Shown: positions 50,251 to 61,369 of the stretch, piece by piece
Position numbering within the stretch: the stretch's first letter is position 1
Layout of the letters: each line of letters opens with the position of its first letter
DNA from: Mobula hypostoma
Taxonomy: Eukaryota
NCBI RefSeq assembly: GCF_963921235.1
Contig: NC_086097.1
Location: 235,230,001 to 235,294,000 of the forward strand
Length of the DNA stretch: 64,000 bases
Direction of reading: 5' to 3'
Translations under genes and position numbers: made by a program
Notes under the pieces: model-generated
Database searches by the model: none
Seen by the model: the letters and a program-made list of their open reading frames with translations, nothing else
Told to the model about the DNA's origin: nothing

Positions 50251-50984
50251 ATAACATATAGTTAGAACAGTGCAAAGCAATACCGTAATTTGATGAAGAA
50301 CAGACCATGGGCACAGTAAAAAAAAAGTCTCAAAGTCTCTCGAAAGTCCCACCATCTCACGCAGACGGTTGAAGTGAGAAACTCTCCCTGCCATGAGCTT
50401 CCATCGCCGCAAACTTGCCGATGCAGCATCCTGGAAGCAGCCGACCACACTCTGAGTCCGTCTGAAAACTTCGAGCCTCCGACACCGAGCACCATCTCTG
50501 CCGAGCGCTTCGACCCCAGCACCGGCAACAGGCAATAGGTAAAGCAGAGGATTTGGGGCCTTCATCTCCGGAGATTCTCGATCGCACAGAAGCAGTGGCA
50601 GTGAAACAGGCATTTCAGAAGTTTCTCCAGGTGTTCCTCTGCACTTCTCACATCTGTCTCCATCAAACCTGGATTGTGCACGGCCCCTATTTAACAAATA
50701 CAATATCAATTCGGAGCGGCCGCGCCCGCTGCGTCGCGCCGCCATCTTCTCCTCCCCCTCAAGATGTCCCTGACCCTGACACTCGGCATCTCTTCTAGAT
50801 GCCTGCAAGGAAGTGAAACTCTGTGTAGTATATGGTGGCAGGTACGTTCTTTGATAACAAATTTACTTTGACTTTGACAATAACTAAACCTTGTTCAACA
50901 TCTAAATATTTGTTTGTCAGTATCTGAACTGGTGCTTGTTAGGGGAAGCAAATCATCACAAGCCTCTCCATTATGACAGTCCAT

Positions 50985-52170
50985 CAAGTCCAAGTTCAAG
51001 TTTATTGTCATCTGACTGTACATATACAACCAAAAAAAGTAATATTCTTCCAGACCATGGTGCACCTACAAGACATATAGTACTCACAGCATATAAACCA
51101 AAATATTACCATAAATAAGACCAGATATAATTCAAAATGCATGCTGCACAGGCTAACAGTACAGTATACAGTGAACAGCACAGTGACCTAGTGATGAAAC
51201 CTCGGTGGTGGTAGGATATTCATTACTCTCACCATCTGAGGGAAAGGGCTGTAACCCAGTCCAGCAGTCCTAGTCCCGATGTTTCTGTATCTCCTTTCTG
51301 ACAGTAGTGGGCCAAAGAGATTGTGAGATGGGTGGGTGAGCTCCTCAATATTTCTTTGGGGCCCTTCATCTGCAATGCTCCCAGTAACTGTCACGGACAG
51401 GGAGGAGGGAGATCCTAGTGATCCTCTGGGCAGTTTCAGCAATCCTCTGTAATATCTTGTGGTCTGGTGCCTTGCCGCCTTCTTACCACACAATGATACA
51501 GCCTGACAGGACACTCACTCTCAGTGGTGCTCCTGTAGAATGGGTCAGGGAGCCTTGCACATCTCAGTCTCCTCAAAGTGTAGAAAGTGCTGTGCCTTGA
51601 TTAGTGAGGGAGTATTTTGGGTCGAGGGTAGAACATCCATTATGTGTACACCAAAGCACTTTGTGCTCTTCACTCTCTCCACAGCAGAGCTATTGATGTG
51701 CAATGGAGGGTGGTCAGTCTGTGCCTCCTGAAGTCCACAATCACCTCTTTTGCCTTGTCCAGATTGAGACTTGGGTTATTGTTCACACACCATTTGAGAC
51801 TTCTCTCAACCTCCCACCTGTATGCCGTCTCAACATTGCTCCTGATGAGGCCAGTCGCCGTAGCATCAGCTGCAAACTTGATGACGCAGTTTGAGCTGAA
51901 CTTGGCAGCATGGACGGTTGCCGGCTGAGTACAAGGCCTTGGGGAGCACCAGTGCTCAGCATGATGGAGCTTGAGATGTTGCCACCAAATCAGCCTGTCT
52001 GGGGTCTTTCCATAAAGAAGTCCAAGATCCATTTACAATGGGGTTTTGAGCCCCAGTGAAGACAGTTTACTCACAAGCCTCTGAGGGACAGTTGTGTTAA
52101 GTGCTGAACCGAAGTCGAGGAAAAGCATCTTGATATGTGAAGCATTATTTTCTAGATGGACAGGACAGAG
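50985..52170 (-). mobile_element. Rex/Babar LINE fragment
   Basis: KMLFLDFGSALNT, KFAADAT, LNLDKAKEVIVDFRR, HPSHNLF.PL.S.RRYR. Confidence 0.85.
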
Positions 52171-52464
52171 TGGAGGAATGAGAGAAAATGCAGGAATCTG
52201 GAGAAGAAACAAAACTTGAAGCAAGAGGTTCCAACATCATGTGTGGACTGTAGATCACAAAGAATTATGGGATGAGATGCAGCTAAAGTGAGAACTTGTG
52301 TGAAGTAAAGAGCACCATTATTTTTTCCGCGGCTACAGAATCAGCAAATGCCTTTTACACTATAGTCGGCTTCTTCCCCTCCTGGTGAATAGAAATAATC
52401 AGGCCACACTCCTGATGTCTCTGTGATATTATACTGTCTTGCTGTGGGGTGTCACCATGGTGTA

Positions 52465-52790
52465 GAGACTGGTCCAGTAGCATAGAACAATGATTTACAG
52501 GGCCAACTATAAAATCAGGATTTGATTCTTGCTGCTGTCTGGAAGGAGTTTGTACAATATTCTCCCTGTGACCGCATGAGCTCCCCTGGGAGACTTCGGT
52601 TTCTCCCCACATTCCAAAGACACATAGTCAGGGTTAATGAGTTGTGGGCACGCTATGTTGACACTGGAAGTGTGGCAAAACTTGCAGGCTACCCAACGCA
52701 ATCCTCGCTGACTCGATTTGAAGTAAATGATGCTTTTAACTGCGTGTTGCGATGTGCATGTGGCAGATATTTGTCTGTTACCTTGCTCTA
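52465..52790 (+). mobile_element. V-SINE
   Basis: GGAAGGAGTTTGTAC..TTCTCCCTGTGACC...CGGTTTCTCCCCACATTCCAAAGAC. Confidence 0.7.
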
Positions 52791-53219
52791 CAAGAGATAG
52801 AGAAGTGTCAGTGAGCATTATGTCCTTGGGTAATGTAGTATACCTGAATAGCTGGCAGTGCGTGCAAGCCACAAGATGTAAGATATGAATCTGAGAATTT
52901 CACCAGTGATGATTATATATCTACAGACCTTCAGTCCTGACTAATAACAGCTGGTAGATGGGGCTAAGAATGAATCAGTCATTGACAGGCAAAGATGTTA
53001 GGTGGATACACTTTGAATTAGTGCCTTCATTGGTCTTAGTCTCTTGCATAATAAGACTATAAGATATAGAAGTAGAATTAGACCACTTGGCCCATTGAGT
53101 CTACTCTGCTATTTCATCATGGCTGATCCAATTTCGTCTCAACCCCTGTCTCCGGCCTTCTCCCCACATCCCTTCATGCCCTGACAAATCAAGAATCTAT
53201 CAAACTCTTCCTTAAATTC

Positions 53220-55422
53220 TTGTGGGAATTCTGGGAACCTTCCAGCCTCCCTGGTGGTCACATCTGTCCCACGTGCACCAAGATGCAGTTCCTGAGAGAC
53301 CATGTTAGGGATCTGGAGTTGTTGTTCAATGACCTACAGCTTATTAGGGAAAGTGAGCAGGAGATAGATAGGAGCTACGAGGAGTTTGTCACCCCAAGGC
53401 TGCAGGAGTTATATAAGTGGGTGATTGTCAGGGAAGGGATGGGAAGAGCACAGATAGTAGAGGACACCCCTTGAGACAATTCCTCTCAGTAATCGTTATC
53501 TTGTTTTGGATGCTGTTGAGTGGGGGGGTGGGGTGACCTGACAGAGGATGACCATGGCGATCGAGTCTCTGGCACTGAGCCTGGTTCCATGGTGCAAAAG
53601 GGAGAGAGGAAGTTGAGGGATGTGGTAGTCATAGGGAATTCCATAGTGAGAGGAACAGAAAGGAGATTCTGCCAGCCTGATAGAGATACCCGCATGATGT
53701 GTTGCCTCCCAGGTGCCAGGATATGGGATGTCTTGGATCGGGTGCAGAGTATTCTGAAGAGAAAGGGTGAATAGCCAGGTCTTGGTACACGTTGGTACCA
53801 ATAACATAGGTAGAAAAATGGGAGGAGATCCTGAAGAGAGAATTCAGGGAGTTGGGTAAGAAGCTGAAAAGCAGGACCTCCAGGGTAGTAATCTCAGGAT
53901 TGCTGCCTGTGCCACGTGCTAACGAGCACAATAACAGCATGATCAGGCATATTAATGCATGGCTGAGAGACTGGTGAGGGGGCAGGACTTTGGGCATTTT
54001 CTGGGGGAGGTACAGAAAGGACGGGTTACTCCTGAACCCAAAGAGGTCCAATATCCTAGCAGGCAGGTTTAACAGAGCTGTTAGGGAGGGTTTTAACTAA
54101 TTTGGTAGGGGAAAGGGAACCGGAGTGATAGGGCTGAAGAAGGGGAAAATTGAAATAGATCAAAGATAGCATGCAACAGAGATGATAGAAAGGACAAGCA
54201 AGAGATGAGGCATAATCATAGCCAGTGGGATGAGTTACAGGGCAATAGAGGTATGATGCAGGTAAAACAGAAAGCAACAAATGCGGGACTGAAAGTATTG
54301 TGTTTGAATGCACGCAGCTTAAGAAATAAAATGGACGATCTTGACATTCAGCTACAGATTGGCAAGTATGATGATTTGGTCATCTCTGAAACTTGGCTAA
54401 AGGATAGCTGCCATTGGGAGTTGAATGTCCAAGGATATACGGTGTATTGGAAAGATAGGTAGGCAGGCAGAGGGGGTGGTGTGGCTCTGCGTATAAGAAA
54501 TAATATTAAATCATTAGAAATGGATGACATAGGATTGGAAGGTGCAGAGTCTCTATGGATTGAGTTAAGAAATGGCAAGGGTAAAAGGACCTTAATGGCA
54601 GTTGTATACAGGCTTCCAAACAGCAGCCAGGATGTGGATTACAAATTACAGCAGGAGATAGATGTAAGAGGTTTCTTCTTTTATGTTGCTGCTAAGGCTA
54701 ATGAAAATGGCTTCTTTGTTATGTTAACTGCTCAGAAAGTGCTTCTCCCTTGCAGCTTGGTTGCGTTATATTACTGATAAGGGCATTGTATTCATTTGCT
54801 AACTAATTGGGATAGATGTTATTCTTTCTTGTGTGTCTGTAAGCTATTGTTTTTCATGGGCTTTGAGGGAGAAGGCGCGATGGAGGCAGGGAGAGGAGAT
54901 GCGATGTTGTAAACTGAGTGGCGAACGGACCCCGAGTGGGAGTCTGAGGCCCAGGGTCTTCGGCGAGGAGAGGAGACGAAGACAGACTCCTGTGGAGCGT
55001 CTGGTCGACCAAAGTGGTTGGTCCCAGGCGGCGGGTCGAGAAGGTCGGAGGGAATTGAATGGTAGAAAGAAGACTCAGTTAATTAAGTTCCAAATGTGTG
55101 CACAAAGTGGTTGAACTTTGATAAGTTTGGCACCTTTTACTTTCCTTTTATATTTTATCTCTATTAATTACATAGTTCCAGTAAGATCTATAAAGTGTAA
55201 TCATTTAATCGTATATAGTGTAATTGTCTGTTATTTGGCGGGATGGGGTATGTCACACAGCCTCCACACAGACTTGATTACCTAGTTTGGCGAGGCCAAA
55301 GGCTGCTCCCCCTAGATGGAAACGAGCTGAGTGAGCCTGAGGCTTACCAGGAGGCTACATAGAAAAGACATGTCAGAAGGGCAATGTCATGATAATCGTT
55401 GGGGATTTTAACATGAAAGTGG
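53220..55422 (+). mobile_element. CR1 5' part: degenerate ORF1 (Zn finger plus SGNH esterase) and ORF2 APE; split by a solo LTR
   Basis: HICPTC, VVVIGNSIVRG, CCLPGA, HVGTN, LNARSLRNK, ISETWL, VVYRLPN, VGDFN. Confidence 0.85.
54663..55359 (+). mobile_element. Solo LTR (697 bp), TSD TAGA
   Basis: TAGA|TGTAAGAGG...GGCTACA|TAGA. CR1 reading LQQEI|EK resumes after removal. Confidence 0.92.
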
Positions 55423-56188
55423 ACCTCCCTACACCTCCTTTCTTGTCACCATTCAGGGCCCAAACAGCCTTTCCAAGTGAGGCAACACTTCACTTGTGAG
55501 TCTGTTGGGGTCATCTATTGCATCCGGTGCTCCCGGTGTGGCCTCCTCTACATCGGTGAAACCCGACACAGATTGGGGGACCGCTTCGTCGAGCACCTCT
55601 GTTCCGTCTGTGACAACAGACAGGATCTCCCGGTCTCCACCCGCTTCAACTCTGCTTCACATTCCCATTCGAATATGTCCATACATGGCTTCCTATACTG
55701 CCATGATGAGGCTAAACTCAGGCTGGAAGAGAAACACCCCATAAACCGCCTGGGTAGTCTCCAGCCCCTTGCTATGAACACTGAATTCTCCAACTTCCGG
55801 TAGTTCCCTCCCCCTCCCTTCCCCTATCCCTATGTCACTCTGCCCCCTCCCCCAGCTGCCTACTACCTCCCTCATAGTTCCGCCTCCTTCTACTACCCAT
55901 TGTGCTTTCCCCTTTTCCTTCGTCACCTTTCCTGCCTATCACCTCCCTGCTTCCCCTCCCCCACCCCTTTATCTTTCCGCTTACCGGTTTTTCACCTGTA
56001 ACCTACCAGCCTTCTCCTTCCCACCCTCCCCCACCTTCTTTATAGGGCCTCCATCCCTTCCCTCTTCAGTCCTGACGAAGGGTTCCGGCCCGAAACGTCG
56101 ACTGATCATTTCCACGAATGCTGCCCGACCTGCTGAGTTCCTCCAGCGTGTTGTGAGTGTTGCTTTGACCCTAGCATCTGCAGAGTAT
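55423..56188 (+). mobile_element. Penelope-like element 3' end: GIY-YIG endonuclease, pyrimidine-rich UTR and hammerhead
   Basis: ORF 55477-55803 VIYCIRCSRCGLLYIGETR..L..RF.EH, with hammerhead at 56066-56105. Confidence 0.92.
56066..56105 (+). ncRNA. Minimal type I hammerhead ribozyme, intact core
   Basis: TCAGTC-CTGACGA-A-GGG(TTCCGG)CCC-GAAA-CGTC^GACTGA: 6-bp stem I, GUC triplet, palindromic ACGT stem III. Confidence 0.85.
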
Positions 56189-56189
56189 T

Positions 56190-56640
56190 TAATGTTGCAG
56201 CTATATAGGATCCTGGTCAGACCCCACTTGGAGTATTGTGCTCAATTCTGGTCGTCTCACTACCGGAAGGACGTGGAAACCATAGAAAGGGTGCAGAGGA
56301 AACTTACAAGAATGTTGCCTGGATTGGGGAGCATCCCTTATGAGAATAGGTTGAGTGAACTCGGCCTTTTCTCCTTGGAGCAACAGAGGATGAGAGGTGA
56401 CCTAATAGAGGTGTGCAAGTTGATGAAAGGCATTGATCATGTGGATAGTCAGAGGCTTTTTCCCAGGGCTGAAATGGCTAGCATGAGAGGGCATAGTTTT
56501 AAGGTGCTTGGAAGTAGATACCGAGGAGATGTCAGGGGTAGAGTTTTTACACAGAGAGTGGTGAGTGCTTGGAATGGGCTGCCAGCGGCAGTGGTGGAGG
56601 CGGAAATGATAGGGTATTTTAAGAGACTCCTAGATCGATA
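56190..56640 (+). mobile_element. CR1 ORF2 C-terminal fragment
   Basis: LYRILVRPHLEYCAQFWS...FTQRVVSAWNGLP. Confidence 0.9.
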
Positions 56641-57269
56641 GATGGGTACAGGTGTTGATCAGCCTTACTACTTGGGGAAAGTAATTGCTTTTGAGTCGGT
56701 AGTGCTGGTGTGGATGCTTACATAGCCTGCTCCCCGATGGGAACGGGACAAACAGTCCATGAGCAGGGTGTGTGGGATCCTTCACGATATCGCTGGCCTT
56801 TTCCCAGCACATTTCTGTAAGTATGTCCTTGATGACAGGTAGGTTGCTGCTGGTTTTGTGTTGGGCAGTTTTCACTACCTGTTGTCAAGACTTCCTGTCC
56901 GCTGCCATGCAGTGAAGCAGTGTGTGATAAATAAATAAGTCTAAATCCAAATTATTTTTCACATTGAGCATGAACCAAGTATTGAGGACTGTCGCTTTTT
57001 CGCATTGCTTTTGGAATGATCAGGCATTATTGTACCACATCTTAGTGAGCAGCTCCTGTGTGAATATCACATGGAATATTGTTTAAGGATTTGATCTCTG
57101 CCATCCCTAGTAACCTTTTGGCTCTGAGGTGGAAACGATTAGAAGGTAAACATTAATAATATGACTGCAAAGATCTCACAGCTGTAATAAGTTGCCATTA
57201 TGACAAGTGTAATTGTTGAAGTGAAAATTATCTGTGGCTCAGAGATAACAATGTTGTCGGTTAAATTCT

Positions 57270-57600
57270 GGGGAAATGAGCAAATAATGATAGGCTGACA
57301 CTCTGACAGGGTAATGACCAATTGCTCAACTGTCGAGGCTTTCAACTTTATGAGGAACAGTTAAAAGTGAAGCTCCACTCGCCCTCTCGGGCTAATGTGA
57401 AACATTTGCACAGCCCTATTCAGGCAAGAACTGTCAGCTCTCAGCTGACAAGCATCTAGTAAAAAAAGTATCTGGTCATCGATGTAATTACTAGCTGCGT
57501 GACTCTGTGCTGTATACTTTGACCAGAGTAAGTCCTACATTACAACAGCGAGTTTACCTCAGAAATGTTTTGTTTGTTATGGAAGACTTTGAAATTGAGT
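57270..57600 (+). mobile_element. Ancient Deu-domain SINE, degraded
   Basis: TAGGCTGACACTC, GCCCTCTCGGG, TATCTGGTCAT, CCTACATTACAACAGCGA motifs. Confidence 0.55.
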
Positions 57601-58569
57601 GGTGGCACGAATATGAGACTTCGTTTTATCATCCGCTTTTTTGACATGCGTATATTTTTCATGGAGTTACCAGTTATCTACATGATACTGCAATTAAACC
57701 TTTCAGTTGTCTTCAGTCTCACTGCTGCCATTGAGAAGGAGGCACAGGAGCCTTGGGTCCCACACCACCAGGTTTAGGAACAGTAATTACCCTACAACCA
57801 TGAGGCTCCTGAACCAGCGTGGATAACTTCACTTGCCACAACTCTTAATGGATTCCACAATGTATGAACCACTTTCACGGACTCTACAACAGAAGTTTTC
57901 AGTTTTATTTATTTATGTTATTATCATTATTATTAGTTCTTATTGTTCCATAGATTTGCTAAGTATGCTGCAGAAAAAAAAGAATCTCAGTGTTGTGTGA
58001 CGTGTATGTATTCTGATAATATATTTTACTTTGAACTTTGAACTTTTGTACTTTTTTTGTATTTGCACAGTTTGTCTTATATTGCTTGTCAGAATCAGAT
58101 TTAATATCACTGGCATTCAGAATGTCATGAAATTTGTTTGGTGGCAACAGTACATTGCAATACATAATTATAACACTATAAACAGTGTGTGTGTGTGTAT
58201 TCTGTATTACATTAATATTATTACAAAAACAAGATATGTGTCCACTTAGCCTGTAATTCTGTTTTGTTTTTGTAAGAGCTTGTCCTCCACCACCTTTATC
58301 TCTGTAGAAAATACCTTTAACTGTTCTAGTTCCATGGACTTTCTCCTGAATTCAGGGATTACTCCTGAATTTTCTGGAGTGATAGTGCATAACACTATCT
58401 ACAGCACAGAAATAGGCCCTTTGGCCCATCTAGACTCTGCTGAAATATAATTCTTTTGGCCCATCTAGACTCTACTGAAATATAATCCCTTGACCAGTAC
58501 CTGAGCCGTATCCCTACATGTCCCTACTTATCTCTCTCTACCAAGTATTTACGTTTTATTTTTATTTAA

Positions 58570-58765
58570 ATAGAGATTCGGTTCTGACCCAATGGACTGC
58601 GCCACCTAGCAAGCCACCGATGTAATCCTAGCCTGATCACAGGACAATTTACAATGAGCAACTAACCTATTACCTGGTAGGTCTTTGGACGGTGGGTGGA
58701 AACTGGAGCACCCTGAGGAAGCCCAATATTCCATGGGGAGGCCGTACCAACTCCTTACAGATGCT
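58570..58765 (-). mobile_element. V-SINE
   Basis: GTCTTTGGACGGTGGGTGGAAACTGGAGCACCC reverse V-domain. Confidence 0.75.
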
Positions 58766-59189
58766 TTATATAAATTTCTCTTAAATGTTTAATTCAAACC
58801 TGCCCCCCCCCCCACATCTGCTGGCAGCTCATTTTGAAAATCAGATTTGAGAAACCCAATGGCTTCTTCTGTAGGGATGCTGATAGTATCCAATCTTTGG
58901 CATCAATTCCTGGTTAGTGTAGGTCAGATACAAGACACGCCTGGAGCCAACGTTCATCCTCAGTCATGAATATCAAAAGCTCAGTGTTGTAATGTCTGAG
59001 GAACATGCTCTGTTTCTGAAACTCTCTTCCATTGCCATATTCAGCACTGGCTAAAATCAAATTTATACCTTTTAATTCTATCATTTAGGCTAAACATTTA
59101 ACCTAGGTTGCTTTAGAATTAACAAATTATTACCACTATGAAAATAATTATCTGCTTGTTCAATAACAGCTTATTTGCCATTGTAGATC

Positions 59190-60835
59190 AAAGTTCAAAG
59201 TAAATTTATTATCAAAATACATATGTCACCCTGAGATTCATTTTATTGCAGGCAATCACAGTACATACAAGAAAGACAATATGAGGGGTGATTGATAAGT
59301 TCGTGGCCTAAGGTAGAAGGAGTCAATTTTAAAAAACCTAGCACATTTATTTTTCAACATAGTCCCCTCCTACATGCACACACTTAGCCCAGTGGTCGTG
59401 GAGCATACGGATCCCTTCTTTGTAGAAGTGGTCCACAGCAGGGGTGACTGATAAGTTTGTGGCCTATGGTAGAAAGAGATGAGTTATTAACTTCAAACTT
59501 TCTGCATTATCACTCAAAGAGTTGAACTGCGTGTGCATGTAATGAGGGCGTCTTGGACCTCCTGGTGGTCCACAGCAGGGGTGATTGATAAGTTTGTGGC
59601 CTAAGGAAGGAGATGAGTTATATAGCTCTCATTACATGCATGCGCAGCTCAACTCTTTGAGTGAAAATGCAGAAAGTTTGAAGTTAATAACTCACCTCCT
59701 TCTATCTTTGGCCACAAACTTATCAATCACTCCTGCTGTGGACCACTTCTAGAGTTCCAAGACACCGACTTCTATAAAGACCGGATCCGTATGCTCCACG
59801 ACCACTGGACTAAGTGTGTAAATGTAGGAAAAATAAACATGCTAGGTTTTCCAAAATTGACTCCTTCTACCGTAGGCCACAAACTTATCAATTACCCCCC
59901 GTAGAATCAATAAAAGGCTGCAACCAATAGGACGGACAACATCCAATATGCAGAATAACCAACAAATTGTTCAAATACAAAAAGAAAGAGAAACAACATT
60001 AATAATAAATAAATAAACAATAAATATTGAGAGCACGAGATGAAGAGTCCCTGAAAGTGAATCTAGTTTGGTGATGAGGCGAGTGAAGTTGAGTGAATTT
60101 ATCCCCTCTGATTGCAGAGCCTGTTGATTGAGGTGTAATAAGTGTTCCTGAACCTTGGTGATGTTGGTCCTGAGGCTCATGTACCTTCTTCCTGATGGCA
60201 TCAGCGAGAAGCTCATGGCTTGGCTGGTAGGGGTCCTGGATGATGGGTGCTGCTTTGCTGCAAAAGCGCCCAATGTAGATGTGCCCAATGGTGAGGAGGA
60301 CTTTACACATGATGGACTGTGCTATATCCATTACTTCTCCATCCAAGGGCATTGCTGTTTCCATGCCATGCCTGATGCAATCAGTCAATATACTCTTCAC
60401 CACATATCTATAGAAGTTTTTCAAAGTTTGACAAGCCAAATCTTTTAATAAAATAGAGGCACTACAGTGCTTTCTTCATAATGGCAATTCTGTGCTGGGT
60501 ACAGAACAGATTCTCTGAAATGATAATACCAACAAACTTAAAGTTTCTGATCCTCTCCAATATTTATCGCCCGGTGAGGACTGTCTCATGGACCTTCAGT
60601 TTCCTCCTTCTCATGTCAACAATCATCTCATTGGTTTTGCTGACATTGAGTGAGAGCTTGACACTGTGGTGCCACTGACTCAGCCAGATTATCAATCTCC
60701 CTCCTATATGCTGATTCATCACCATCTTTGTTACCGCCTATAACAGTGGTGTCATCAGCAAACTTAAATAAGGCATTAGAGCTGTACTTGGTCAGAGAGT
60801 AAGAAGTCTAAAGTGAGTAGAAGAGCAGGCTAAAG
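59190..60835 (-). mobile_element. Rex/Babar LINE fragment (host of the mariner MITE)
   Basis: KFADDTT on the minus strand at ~60745-60765, TLKNFYRYVVKSILT, PSGRRYMSLR. Confidence 0.8.
59282..59901. mobile_element. Palindromic mariner-derived MITE, TA TSD
   Basis: TA|TGAGGGGTGATTGATAAGTT...AACTTATCAATTACCCCCCG|TA with long inverted arms. Both arms carry the transposase C-terminus GIRMLHDHW.KCV.V. Confidence 0.9.
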
Positions 60836-60844
60836 CACATACTC

Positions 60845-61272
60845 ATCAGGGTGTCAGAGGTGGTGATAGTCAGCAACTTTAAACTCCTCAGTGTTATCAT
60901 TTCAGAGGATCTGTGCTGGGCCCAGCAGGTAAGTGCAATTATGAAGAAAGCTTGGCAGTGTCTCTACCTCCTTAGGAGTTTGTGAAGATTCAGCATGACA
61001 TCTAAGGCTTTGACAAACTTCTATAGATGTGTGTGGAGTATCTTGACTGGTTGCATCACAGCCTGGCATGGAAACACTAATGCCCTTGAACAGAAAATCG
61101 TACAAGTATAGTGGATGAGGCCCAGTTCATTATTGGTAAAACCCTCCCCGCCATGAGCACATTTACACGGAGGATTGTTGCAGGAAAGCAGCATCCATCA
61201 TCAGGGATCCCACCACCCACGACATGATCTCTTCTTGCTGCTACCAACAGGGAGAAGGTACAGGAGCCTTAG
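60845..61272 (+). mobile_element. Rex/Babar LINE fragment, inverted relative to its neighbour
   Basis: HHPRHDLFLLLPTGRRYRSLR. Confidence 0.75.
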
Positions 61273-61369
61273 GATTGGCAGACTAATGCATGGCCAAGAA
61301 GCTGGTGCAGGCAGCAGAGCTTCAGGTTCTTGGATCATTGATATTTCTGGGGGAGGTATGACTTGTTCA

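Larger units (their letters stand above)
49530..50750 (-). mobile_element. Non-autonomous retroposon (AAGATGGCGGCG 5' end), host of the ribozyme-headed element
   Basis: Minus-strand 5' AAGATGGCGGCGCG at ~50748 and 3' AATAAAAGAGG...TAATCTAA at ~49530-49562. The sequence is continuous across the 13-bp TSD. Confidence 0.55.

Noticed and set aside
49645..50808. 387-aa minus-strand ORF
   Set aside because: It spans a host repeat plus the antisense of a TSD-bounded insert and shows no domain motifs. It is a chance GC-rich open frame.
55832..56641. 269-aa ORF suggesting a novel fusion protein
   Set aside because: A low-complexity Penelope UTR happens to be in frame with a CR1 C-terminal fragment.
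58418..58486. Tandem duplication of ~33 bp (TTGGCCCATCTAGACTCT.CTGAAATATAA)
   Set aside because: An ordinary local slippage duplication in a decayed repeat tail.
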